Shown: positions 19,029 through 27,810 of the stretch, in pieces
Numbering within the stretch: position 1 is the stretch's first letter
Layout: each line of letters opens with the position of its first letter
Virus record (IMG/VR): IMGVR_UViG_3300028048_000056
Span: 1 to 64,000 of that record
Strand: one strand, 5' to 3'
DNA length: 64,000 nucleotides
DNA from: a virus
Lineage: Duplodnaviria; Caudoviricetes
Translations under genes and position numbers: made by a program
Notes under the pieces: generated by a model
Seen by the model: only the letters and a program-made list of their open reading frames with translations
The model's database searches: none
What the model was told of the DNA's origin: nothing

Positions 19029-19244
19029 ATGAAACGAGGTGACACTATGTCATTAGGTGAGTTTCGAGAACTTACCAAAGACCTGCCGGACGATGCGGTC
19101 ATTATGATTGTGTCAGAGCAGATGTATCATGAAGCATTAGCTGTACACTCTTACCCATTCTGCACATCATTAGATGACCAGGGTGCAGGTATTCTATTGC
19201 TTGAAGCAGATATTAGTGAATCAGTTCATTTCACAGATTGTTGA
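19029..19244 (+). CDS. Hypothetical protein
   Basis: RBS, operon packing. Confidence 0.6.
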   Translation: MKRGDTMSLGEFRELTKDLPDDAVIMIVSEQMYHEALAVHSYPFCTSLDDQGAGILLLEADISESVHFTDC

Positions 19245-19258
19245 CAGGAGGAATTATC

Positions 19259-19828
19259 GTGCCTAATTTAGATAAGATTTTGGCAATGGATGCGCAGTAT
19301 CGTAAGGAATATCCTAGAACGTATAATGCGAAAGATATGCTGCTCAGAGGACACCTTACTGCAGAAGAGTTCGACTGCGTGACGAAAGGAGAAGCTATGG
19401 AAAAGTATATAGACAACAACCCCGAAGCTGCTGGTGAGAAGAAAGGTATAATTCTAACCGGTATCGCACCCGCACCAAAAACCGAAACAGATAAGCTCGT
19501 TGAACAAGCTGAAGAATACATCGGTCAGGCAATCCAAGCATGGGTTCCTAGACAGCTTGACCATGTGGTTGTTCGCGCTGCTGTCAGAGATAAGCCGAGG
19601 CTTGATGACCCCAACCGCATCAGACTGCAGATTGGCTTTAAGCTGTTCAATGTTCTTGAGCAGACTGTGCAGGAGGTAGCTACCGATGTGGCAGTTGAGC
19701 GTGAAGTTCTGCACATGGATGAGCACACTGCCAAGCAATACTGGGTTATGTTCAATCAGTGTCTGGTTAATCAGCTTACTCAGATTGTCTTACAGCTAAT
19801 TCACGGTATTAAAGCGGGACAATTTTAA
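19259..19828 (+). CDS. Hypothetical protein
   Basis: AGGAGG before GTG. Confidence 0.7.
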   Translation: MPNLDKILAMDAQYRKEYPRTYNAKDMLLRGHLTAEEFDCVTKGEAMEKYIDNNPEAAGEKKGIILTGIAPAPKTETDKLVEQAEEYIGQAIQAWVPRQLDHVVVRAAVRDKPRLDDPNRIRLQIGFKLFNVLEQTVQEVATDVAVEREVLHMDEHTAKQYWVMFNQCLVNQLTQIVLQLIHGIKAGQF

Positions 19829-19893
19829 CTTCGTACTTCACGCAATTATATGTTATAATGTAGGTACAATAGAAACACATAGGAGGTGTAGAT

Positions 19894-20325
19894 GTGGTAA
19901 TCGATAAGTTCGACGATGAGTTCGCATTCCTAAGCAACTTCTACCCGGCTAGCGTTAGCATGGACGGCATGACGTTTCAGAACTCTGAAGCGGCATATCA
20001 AGCACAGAAATGCTTGAACGCAATGGATAAGTTCCAGTTCTGCAATCTAAGTCCTCGTGATGCTAAGAAACTCGGTCGTAAGGTTCAACTCCTCCCTGAC
20101 TGGGAAGACATCAAGGATGACGTCATGGCACGCATTCTTAGCCTAAAATTCAGACAACACCTTGACTTGGGTAATCTTCTAATCGCAACCGGCGATGCTG
20201 AGTTGATTGAGGGTAACCATTGGCGAGATACATACTGGGGTGTCTGTGACGGTGTGGGCAAGAATCGTCTAGGAGAGCTTCTCATGCAGGTGAGAACAGA
20301 GCTCAGGCAAGAAGTCAAATTCTAA
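19894..20325 (+). CDS. NADAR (YbiA-like) family protein
   Basis: FLSNFY..SEAAYQAQK..KKLGR..DW..KF.QH..L..TG..LIEGNHWRDTYWG..GKNRLGELLM. Confidence 0.9.
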   Translation: MVIDKFDDEFAFLSNFYPASVSMDGMTFQNSEAAYQAQKCLNAMDKFQFCNLSPRDAKKLGRKVQLLPDWEDIKDDVMARILSLKFRQHLDLGNLLIATGDAELIEGNHWRDTYWGVCDGVGKNRLGELLMQVRTELRQEVKF

Positions 20326-20342
20326 ATAATATGGAGGTAATT

Positions 20343-21269
20343 ATGGATAGAAGAGCAAGTTATCTACACAGGTTGAGAACTATCGACCGTGATTGTAAGA
20401 ATATATGCAGATACGGTCGAAATCTGACACTTCTGGCAGCACAAGGTGAACTGCCTAAATGCTATGCCAGGAGCAAGGAAATCGAGGAGATACGCATAGC
20501 TCTGCGTAGGAGAACCAAGCCTAATGTAATACTTCTCGGACCTTCTGGTTGTGGTAAGACTGCGATTGTAGAGGGTCTGGCTCAGGTACTTGAGGAAGAG
20601 CTCTACGCTAACTGGCTGTCAAAGCTGAAAGAAGAAGATGATGAGTACTTCCCTGGAATAGATGAAGCAGCTTCTCCTGAACTCCCTATTGTAATGGAGT
20701 TATTGTCTGGTAATCTGCTGGCAGGTTCCAAGTATCGAGGTGAGTTCGAAGAACGTCTAGAAGCAATAATCGATGAACTCAGACGCACAGAGAAGAAAGT
20801 TCTGCTCTTCATCGATGAAGCTCACATGCTGACTACGCTGGGTGAGGCAGAAGGTGCTGTATCGGCTGCTAATCTGCTGAAACCAGCACTCGCTCGAGGT
20901 GAGTTCTGCGTTATCACCGCAACCACTACAGATGAGTTCAATGAGTGCTTAGCCAAGGATAAGGCACTTACCCGTCGCTTTAATCGGATTGATGTGAAGT
21001 CTATACCGGCAGATGAACAGCCGGAATGCGCTGTTCAGATTATCCAGGAGTACTCGAATACATTTCACATTCCTATCGACAGCAAGATTGACAAAGATTT
21101 CCTCACACAGATTATTGAAGGACCTCTTTCCAAAGAGTTGTTTCCTTGTAAGTTCGTCGACATAATCGACCAGATGTTCGCAGAAGCATCTTATAGAAAG
21201 TTAGAATGTGTCACCAAGCAGCTTATGCAGTCAACTCTGGTCCAGCAGACCAGGTGTCTGGTAGTCTGA
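20343..21269 (+). CDS. ClpA/ClpB-type AAA+ ATPase (single NBD1-like module)
   Basis: GPSGCGKTAIVEGLA, AGSKYRGEFEERL, LFIDEAH, LLKPALARG, DKALTRRF. Confidence 0.88.
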   Translation: MDRRASYLHRLRTIDRDCKNICRYGRNLTLLAAQGELPKCYARSKEIEEIRIALRRRTKPNVILLGPSGCGKTAIVEGLAQVLEEELYANWLSKLKEEDDEYFPGIDEAASPELPIVMELLSGNLLAGSKYRGEFEERLEAIIDELRRTEKKVLLFIDEAHMLTTLGEAEGAVSAANLLKPALARGEFCVITATTTDEFNECLAKDKALTRRFNRIDVKSIPADEQPECAVQIIQEYSNTFHIPIDSKIDKDFLTQIIEGPLSKELFPCKFVDIIDQMFAEASYRKLECVTKQLMQSTLVQQTRCLVV

Positions 21270-21369
21270 TGTTAGTCTGATATTTAACCACAACTTCGTT
21301 TCATGGTGTGATTTGTGTTATAATAATGATACAATAAACATAAAACCGACGCAGACAAGGAGGCGTACT

Positions 21370-21648
21370 ATGGCAGAGATAACGATTACTCGTAAGATGG
21401 ACATCGAAGCTCTCAGAAGCCTTTGTATCAGATACAATCTGTATCGCGAAGGTACGAATGAGCAGTATAGCGAGATGTTTGCTATGGCAAGGGGTGCTCG
21501 TACAGATGAGGGATTTCTCAGAGTAGCACAGAATATCTGGGAACATTCTTGCACAGATGACCTGATTACAGCAGGTTTTGAGTACGAAACGCTGTGCTGG
21601 TATGTGTTCAACGACTGCGTGAGGACGTACATCAATGCAGAAGACTAA
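21370..21648 (+). CDS. Hypothetical protein
   Basis: Promoter 21292 plus AAGGAGG. Confidence 0.7.
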   Translation: MAEITITRKMDIEALRSLCIRYNLYREGTNEQYSEMFAMARGARTDEGFLRVAQNIWEHSCTDDLITAGFEYETLCWYVFNDCVRTYINAED

Positions 21649-21889
21649 TCCGTTCGTTCAGAATGTCCTTGTAAACGGTAGCCTGGTTGTGTTCGGGTTT
21701 CCGAAAGACATAGACAACCCTGTGGGTAAGTTCTTAGTCTACAGAGTTGTCGACGGCCGTGCTTGGTATTGGTGGGTTACCGAATCCAAACTCAAAGCAC
21801 TTGCCAGTGCTTCAGGTGTGTGCGGTCATGTAGAACAGATAAGAACATTTGAGCGACCGAAAGGAGGCAGACATGGCAGCAGAACCTAG
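21635..21889 (+). CDS. Hypothetical protein
   Basis: Overlap-coupled ORF. Confidence 0.55.
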   Translation: MQKTNPFVQNVLVNGSLVVFGFPKDIDNPVGKFLVYRVVDGRAWYWWVTESKLKALASASGVCGHVEQIRTFERPKGGRHGSRT

Positions 21890-22124
21890 AAGGATATGCT
21901 CACCTATCAACTACGCAAATCTAGTAATATTCACGAAGGGTGCTGAACTTCCCGCAACCGCAGTCAATGACAAAGGCGAGAACGTAATCGTAACGACAGA
22001 ACCTAGCGACATGGGTATGTGCTATCGACTTGATACTTACCAGAACAATGGCTGGGTTCGCATCAATCGATATTACAAGGACGGTGCCGGGGATGAAGAG
22101 TATGATATGGGAGGTGAAAGATAA
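21873..22124 (+). CDS. Hypothetical protein
   Basis: AAGGAGG RBS. Confidence 0.65.
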   Translation: MAAEPRRICSPINYANLVIFTKGAELPATAVNDKGENVIVTTEPSDMGMCYRLDTYQNNGWVRINRYYKDGAGDEEYDMGGER

Positions 22125-22597
22125 TGAAGGTTAATCCTGAGATTTCGGTATTCACCACGTTTCCCAACAATGGCTATCTTGCATTAGTTTTTCAGGATAA
22201 CGGTGTAGCATTTACAGCAAATTGTAAAAAGAAGGATGCGTACGAAGGACTCCTAGAGGTCTGTGCTAACTTCCTGCTGGACATTATCGACGATGTAAGA
22301 CCTGATGTTCAAGAGCTCAAGCAGAGTCCGGAAATGTCTGACGAAGACTTGGAAAAGATAGACCGATATGCCACAGCTGTTGCAGCTGCTCACTCTGCGT
22401 TTTGCCAGGCTTTAGAGTCTCGTTTGTCTATAGGAAGCGTGACAAAGCAGCTTGAAGCGTCTGGTCTTCCTCATGTCTTTGCTAAGATGCTGGCAACCGG
22501 TATGGAAGCTTTTCCGGGAAAGTTCGAGAAAGCATCTAACGACGACTGTGATGAGGAAGATGAAGATTCATCCGATGACAACGACAATCTGGATTGA
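22124..22597 (+). CDS. Hypothetical protein, acidic tail
   Basis: GGAGGTGA RBS, TAATG coupling. Confidence 0.7.
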   Translation: MKVNPEISVFTTFPNNGYLALVFQDNGVAFTANCKKKDAYEGLLEVCANFLLDIIDDVRPDVQELKQSPEMSDEDLEKIDRYATAVAAAHSAFCQALESRLSIGSVTKQLEASGLPHVFAKMLATGMEAFPGKFEKASNDDCDEEDEDSSDDNDNLD

Positions 22598-22688
22598 GAA
22601 TCCAGCATCTTCGGTTCAAAACCGAGTGCTATGTTATAATACATATACAATAAACATAAATCAAATTCTCATGTGTAGGAGGTAACAG

Positions 22689-22940
22689 ATGAAAGTCACG
22701 GTTGTTGCATTTAATACTGCCGAGGCTCATAAGGCAAAAGAGGGGCTGGTAAAACTCAAGAAAGGCGTAAGTGAGTTCAGAAGGGACCTTAGAGATAACA
22801 GAGTGGACCAGGACACGCTTGAGTCTTTCGTGAAAGGGCTTCGTGTAATCGCAGACTACTTTGAAGGGTTCATGAAAGATGAGCCTGAAGAAGTCAGACA
22901 GGATGTATCTGAGCCCATTATCGAGTCAGAAGACTACTAA
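22689..22940 (+). CDS. Hypothetical protein
   Basis: Promoter 22607 plus RBS. Confidence 0.7.
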   Translation: MKVTVVAFNTAEAHKAKEGLVKLKKGVSEFRRDLRDNRVDQDTLESFVKGLRVIADYFEGFMKDEPEEVRQDVSEPIIESEDY

Positions 22941-22989
22941 TCCAGAATCTTGCTGAGTTTATCTATCCCAGTCCTACTGGGATTCTGGC

Positions 22990-23064
22990 TGGGGCATAGC
23001 CAAGTGGTAAGGCAACAGCCTTTGACACTGTCATTCGTGGGTTCGAATCCCGCTGCCCCAACCA
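22990..23064 (+). tRNA. tRNA-Gln(UUG)
   Basis: TGGGGCA/TGCCCCA, ACAGC-CT TTG AC-ACTGT, GTTCGAATC, CCA. Confidence 0.9.
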
Positions 23065-23113
23065 ATGTGCTTGACACGCCTCTGTTCCATGCGTACCACG
23101 TCAAGCCTACAGT

Positions 23114-23210
23114 ATGCGTTACCTGGCCTGGTAGCATAGAGGTTAGTGCGCGGACGCCTAATAAGGGTCTAAGACGCGGGTTCGAGTCCCGCCTGGGTTG
23201 GGTAACGCAT
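23114..23210 (+). ncRNA. tRNA-like RNA with extended acceptor stem, aberrant anticodon arm, no CCA
   Basis: ATGCGTTACC/GGTAACGCAT closing stem; D arm GCAT..GTGC; GCGGG-TTCGAGT-CCCGC. Confidence 0.6.
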
Positions 23211-23220
23211 GCTTAAATAT

Positions 23221-23299
23221 TCTCGAGTCTAATGGTAGGTAGGCAGGCTGTGTCGCGATAGCTTGTCGGTGTGGAGTTCAATTCCCACCTCGAGAACCA
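23221..23299 (+). ncRNA. tRNA-like RNA with CCA, minimal D arm and 10-bp anticodon-position stem
   Basis: TCTCGAG/CTCGAGA-A-CCA; GGCAGGCTGT/ATAGCTTGTC; GTTCAATTC T loop. Confidence 0.65.
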
Positions 23300-23659
23300 A
23301 TACCGATATCTGGTCAATATACCCTGGCTTACCGAAACAAAGGTTGAAATAGATGAGGGAGTAGCCTGAACCTTGCAGTCCATAATGACGGATTGGGGTG
23401 AACCGTAGATTACGCTTTGACGTAATAAATGGCTTTGACTAAATGAAGATGATGCTCATTGGGGTGTGTCGTTATAAAGAAGGGAAGGCGGCACCAAAGG
23501 ATATCGGAATACCAAAGCCTGTGTATCAGGCAACATCCTTTCGGTTTCTAGCAGCCAATGTGTCTTCATTTGCCATAAGGAAGACCTCCTAAGTGATTTA
23601 CCCGAGTGGGTTGATGCTAGATAGACCCGCTCACCATTATATGTGGAAAGGAGAATATC

Positions 23660-23956
23660 ATGTTCGGTTCAAAAGAATTTATCAAATTCGGTAAGAAGGT
23701 TGTTGCAGACTATTTCAATCAGCATCGCGATGTGACAGACTCTCAGGAGCTCAAAGCAGAAGATGTCTATGTCGTCTGGTACAGCAAGACTTTACAGAAT
23801 CATAAGGGTCTGTTCAGCACTCCCATGTCCGACGGTATGTATTATGAGGTTACCTACAACGGCGACAATGACGAGGCTTACATCGACGCCTACAAGAAGT
23901 GGGAGAACTTCAAGGTCGAGTGGCCTAAGTCTTATCTAGAAGCCAGCCAGAAATAA
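23660..23956 (+). CDS. DUF6275-like protein
   Basis: VYVVWYSKTLQNHK..ST..SDGMYYEVTYNGD..YIDAYKKWEN. Confidence 0.75.
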   Translation: MFGSKEFIKFGKKVVADYFNQHRDVTDSQELKAEDVYVVWYSKTLQNHKGLFSTPMSDGMYYEVTYNGDNDEAYIDAYKKWENFKVEWPKSYLEASQK

Positions 23957-24079
23957 GCAAGATACGAGCCATCAATTCTAGATTAGGACCTCCGAATGTG
24001 CTTCCGGAAGGGATTCTAGATTACCTTCCGTTCACATAATAGACAGGAGGACGGCTCATATTATAAAGGAGCAATCATT

Positions 24080-24565
24080 ATGGATGAATCTATTAAGAAG
24101 AATGTAGACCACCCGTCGCATTACAACCAGCCTGGTAAGAAAGAATGCATCGAGGAAATGCGTGACCAGTTCGGTGACCTTGCTGTATATTGGTTCTGCA
24201 AACTCAATGCCTACAAGTACGGATATCGTGCAGGAACTAAAGACGGTAATAGCGAGGAACAAGATAAAGCTAAAATCAAATGGTACGATGATTATGCTGA
24301 AAAACTTCAGTCAGGTGTTAAGATGGACGATGTAATGAAAGCACTTCAACCTTGGGATGATGCAGTTGCTAGAGCATCCGATAGAATTATCGGTGTGGAT
24401 TTAGCACAGAAACCAAGTGTAGCTGTTAATACCTGTCCTATCGGTAAGATTGATTGTGGTAGGTTTGACTGCTATGATTGTGATGAAAAGAAAGCCTTTG
24501 ATGCTTCCTGGAGTTCGACTGAAGAGCACACACCAATAATAGGTGGTACAGATGGCAGAATATAA
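24080..24565 (+). CDS. DUF3310-like protein
   Basis: VDHPSHYN..KECIE..NAYKY..RAG.K..EQDKAK..WY. Confidence 0.75.
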   Translation: MDESIKKNVDHPSHYNQPGKKECIEEMRDQFGDLAVYWFCKLNAYKYGYRAGTKDGNSEEQDKAKIKWYDDYAEKLQSGVKMDDVMKALQPWDDAVARASDRIIGVDLAQKPSVAVNTCPIGKIDCGRFDCYDCDEKKAFDASWSSTEEHTPIIGGTDGRI

Positions 24566-24710
24566 TTTCTGGGACGATAGGACTACGGAGGATAATGACG
24601 AGAACTATTGTCCCATTATTGATGGTCATTGCTACGATATGAGCAAATGTGACGAGTGTGATAATAACGCTCGATTTGTTCAACAATTCCAAAATCTAGG
24701 AGGTAAAGAA

Positions 24711-25436
24711 ATGCAAGTAAAGCTGCTTAACTACACACCACATCCAGAGGATACCGTAGCCGCTGCTGCTAGATTGTGCTATTCAAAAGAAGACATAGCT
24801 GATTTGTGGAAAGACTGCGGTGAGAAAGAAAATTCAAGGTACATTCAGATGTTGTCTGAACTGGGCCATGAATCACCATTCGAGCACGTCACTTTCACAT
24901 TCGGAATAAGTGGCATATCTCGTGCGTGTTCCCACCAGTTGGTAAGACACCGCATAGCATCTTACAGCCAGAAGAGTCAACGCTATGTCGACGAATGTCA
25001 GTTCGAGTATGTTACACCACCTGCGATACGTGGTAATGACGTGCTAGAAAGCATATATCAAGATACAATGTGCATGATAGAAAGCCGATATGACATAATC
25101 CGACAGGCTTTGTCTTCTAGGTATGTAGAGTCAGGCATGGCTCAGAAAGATGCGGAGAAGAAGGCGAACGAGGACGCCAGAATGGTGCTTCCTAACGCTT
25201 GTACAACATCTATCATCGTCACCATGAATGTCAGAAGTCTGTGGAACTTCTTTAAGCATAGGTGTTGCAACCGTGCTCAATGGGAGATACGTGACTTGGC
25301 TAATCAGATGCTTGATATATGCCAGTCAGTAGCACCAAATCTATTCAAATACGCAGGACCTACCTGTGCAGTCACAGGCAAGTGCCCTGAAGGAAAGATG
25401 TCTTGTGGACATCCAATCAAGAAGGAGGTTATCTAA
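24711..25436 (+). CDS. thyX: FAD-dependent thymidylate synthase
   Basis: GHESPFEH, SRACSHQLVRHRIASYSQKSQRY, EDARMVLP, AQWEIR. Confidence 0.95.
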   Translation: MQVKLLNYTPHPEDTVAAAARLCYSKEDIADLWKDCGEKENSRYIQMLSELGHESPFEHVTFTFGISGISRACSHQLVRHRIASYSQKSQRYVDECQFEYVTPPAIRGNDVLESIYQDTMCMIESRYDIIRQALSSRYVESGMAQKDAEKKANEDARMVLPNACTTSIIVTMNVRSLWNFFKHRCCNRAQWEIRDLANQMLDICQSVAPNLFKYAGPTCAVTGKCPEGKMSCGHPIKKEVI

Positions 25437-26173
25437 TGAGTATGTCAGAATGGGCTGCGGAGGAAGTCCGCATTGCATGCGAGCGTGAGCGAGCTACAAT
25501 TATCGAAACCGAGAAGGACGTAGACGCGATGATGCAGGCATACACAGAGAGCTGCTACCAGAGTGCTCTCAAAGCCTACAACTCACTCTGTGGTGATGGA
25601 CATTCAGGTATGAGTTTCAGCATCACTGCAGGTATCTTAAAGAGGCTCTGTTCAGGGTACCCACTTACACCTATCGATGATACCGAAGACGTCTGGAACC
25701 TGGTTAGGGAAACTTCGGATAAGAAAGAATACCAGTGTCGCAGGATGTCCTCACTTTTCAAAACGGTGTCTAAGATAGACGGTTCTGTTCAGTTTCATGA
25801 TATTGACAGATTCCTTTGCGTCGACCCGAACGGTACCACATACACTAACAATTTCATCAATCAGCAGCTCAGCAAGCTGTATCCGCTCACGATGCCTTAT
25901 ATGCCTGAAGGCAAATTCCTGGTTAAGGCGTTCGACTTTGCCACCAATGCTAATCCAGGTGAGTTCGACACAATCCTTATTCGTTCTGTCAAGGAGCCGA
26001 ATGGTCAAGAGGTGTTACTCAACCTGTGCTTCAAAGAGACCGAGAAGGGCTTCGAGCAAATTCAGCTGAAAGAGTACGAAGAGAGGTATAAAGCATTCCT
26101 TGCTAGTGCCGAGTTGCAGAAGACAGCAGAGAAGATTATCGAAGCAGTAGATGATGCTGTAGATAACCTGTAA
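25436..26173 (+). CDS. Hypothetical phage protein
   Basis: AAGGAGG RBS; 245 aa. Confidence 0.75.
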   Translation: MSMSEWAAEEVRIACERERATIIETEKDVDAMMQAYTESCYQSALKAYNSLCGDGHSGMSFSITAGILKRLCSGYPLTPIDDTEDVWNLVRETSDKKEYQCRRMSSLFKTVSKIDGSVQFHDIDRFLCVDPNGTTYTNNFINQQLSKLYPLTMPYMPEGKFLVKAFDFATNANPGEFDTILIRSVKEPNGQEVLLNLCFKETEKGFEQIQLKEYEERYKAFLASAELQKTAEKIIEAVDDAVDNL

Positions 26174-26766
26174 TGACTCGACAGAAACTGTCTAAATTCA
26201 TGTTGACTACTAACCTCATCTGCAGCATATTCTACTCGATGAGCTATCCTTATATCTATGCTGAAATGATGAAGGTTGTCAATCATTTCTATATATCAGG
26301 TGAGCAGATAGTCACCTGTCTAGGTGTAATCATTTTCGGGCTTCTGTGGAACAAGAAAGGAGATGTGCTGTACAAGCATTATCTCTGGATTGTGACCGCA
26401 GAGATTATAGCTGATGGGTTCCTATTTGCTCACGTTCTGATAACAGGCAACTTGAAGTTCTACTTCGTGCTTAATGTGCTAATATATGCACTTATTACGC
26501 GAAACATGGCGAATGGTGGCATACGTCTCAGGGCTAAAGTACACCCTGACGAGAGAAGCCGAGAACGCTACGATAATAACTGTAATATCGTAAACAGCGT
26601 GGCAACACTCCTAGGTGCAGGTTTAGCAATAATCATACCTATGAAGCTAATGGTACTGTTCATTGCAGCTTTGGTCGGAAACGTATTCGACAATTTCTGC
26701 TATTACTACATATACTGCAAGGCGAACGCCCTAGCAGAAAAAGATAAACAGAAAGGAACCAATTGA
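26173..26766 (+). CDS. Multi-pass membrane protein
   Basis: Five to six hydrophobic segments. Confidence 0.7.
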   Translation: MTRQKLSKFMLTTNLICSIFYSMSYPYIYAEMMKVVNHFYISGEQIVTCLGVIIFGLLWNKKGDVLYKHYLWIVTAEIIADGFLFAHVLITGNLKFYFVLNVLIYALITRNMANGGIRLRAKVHPDERSRERYDNNCNIVNSVATLLGAGLAIIIPMKLMVLFIAALVGNVFDNFCYYYIYCKANALAEKDKQKGTN

Positions 26767-26767
26767 T

Positions 26768-27346
26768 ATGGAAACACCGAAAGAAAGATTTATCAGCCTT
26801 CTTCGCTCTACGGGAGCTGAAGGCATAGAGGATTTAATCGCATGGCTTGACGGTCCTCATTGCGACTTCTTTGTCGCACCTGCAAGTACCCGATATCATT
26901 GCGCATACGAAGGCGGCCTTGTCGACCACAGTCTGGCAGTATTCGATGAATGTGTTCGCTTGTATAATGCTTTCCAGGATAGACCTGAGTTCCGAGAAAT
27001 GTCCAAATCTTCTGTTATCAAGGTGGCTCTGCTTCACGATGTGTGCAAGGCAAACCTGTACAAGCCGGTTGAAAAGTCTCGCAAAAACTCCTCTGGCTTC
27101 TGGGAGAAATACATGGGCTGGGACCACGACGAGCAGTTCAAGTTCGGCGGTCATGGTAGCAAGTCTGTCTTCATTGTATCCAGGTACCTTGACCTTACCG
27201 ATGAGGAAGCAGCAGCAATCAACTGTCACATGGGTACCTGGGATGTCAAAGACGTCCAGACTATCAGTCAGGTGTATAACGAGAACCCGCTTGCCTGGAT
27301 GCTTCACGTGGCTGATGAGTCGGCTACATTTATCCTGAAGAAGTGA
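26768..27346 (+). CDS. HD-domain phosphohydrolase
   Basis: APASTRYH..GGLVDHS..LLHDVCK..GHG..HMG..LHVAD. Confidence 0.85.
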   Translation: METPKERFISLLRSTGAEGIEDLIAWLDGPHCDFFVAPASTRYHCAYEGGLVDHSLAVFDECVRLYNAFQDRPEFREMSKSSVIKVALLHDVCKANLYKPVEKSRKNSSGFWEKYMGWDHDEQFKFGGHGSKSVFIVSRYLDLTDEEAAAINCHMGTWDVKDVQTISQVYNENPLAWMLHVADESATFILKK

Positions 27347-27621
27347 GTATGCTTCTAAAGAATAAATTCACCCTTTGGTACTACTCAGCTTCTGCGCTTG
27401 ACAATTTTGGAAGTTCAGAAGAAATCGAGATTACGGTTGACGTATCGATACCGTTGGCAGCACAGTCAGATAGGTTCGACCCTATTATACTGGAATACTC
27501 ACCTACCAATGCTCCTATCGTAGCTGGAGATGACTGGTATAGGTGCGATGTACTGGAGGGTTGGGGTTGTGATGACCCGGATAAGGAAAATGTAATCTAT
27601 ACCTATTACAGACCACTTTAA
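27343..27621 (+). CDS. Hypothetical protein
   Basis: Overlap-coupled ORF followed by terminator. Confidence 0.55.
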   Translation: MSMLLKNKFTLWYYSASALDNFGSSEEIEITVDVSIPLAAQSDRFDPIILEYSPTNAPIVAGDDWYRCDVLEGWGCDDPDKENVIYTYYRPL

Positions 27622-27630
27622 CCTGAATTT

Positions 27631-27662
27631 AACTGCCCTGGTGTAATAATCAGGGCAGTTTC
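27631..27662 (+). terminator. Intrinsic terminator
   Basis: AACTGCCCTG/CAGGGCAGTT. Confidence 0.7.
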
Positions 27663-27810
27663 TATATCACTGTTGGAGAATATAATAGATAGAGGAACCT
27701 ACCGTTTCTCACCATAATATCAACGGTTTTGCGGGACGCACGTGTTGTGCGTGTGTAGTTATACAAGCACGACGCAGCAGTTATCGCATGCTGTTAAAGG
27801 AGGACACGAT

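Noticed and set aside
13299-23216. ORF calls overlapping tRNAs (13299, 14923, 16117, 16459, 22937, 22950)
   Set aside because: Shadows of RNA genes without RBS support
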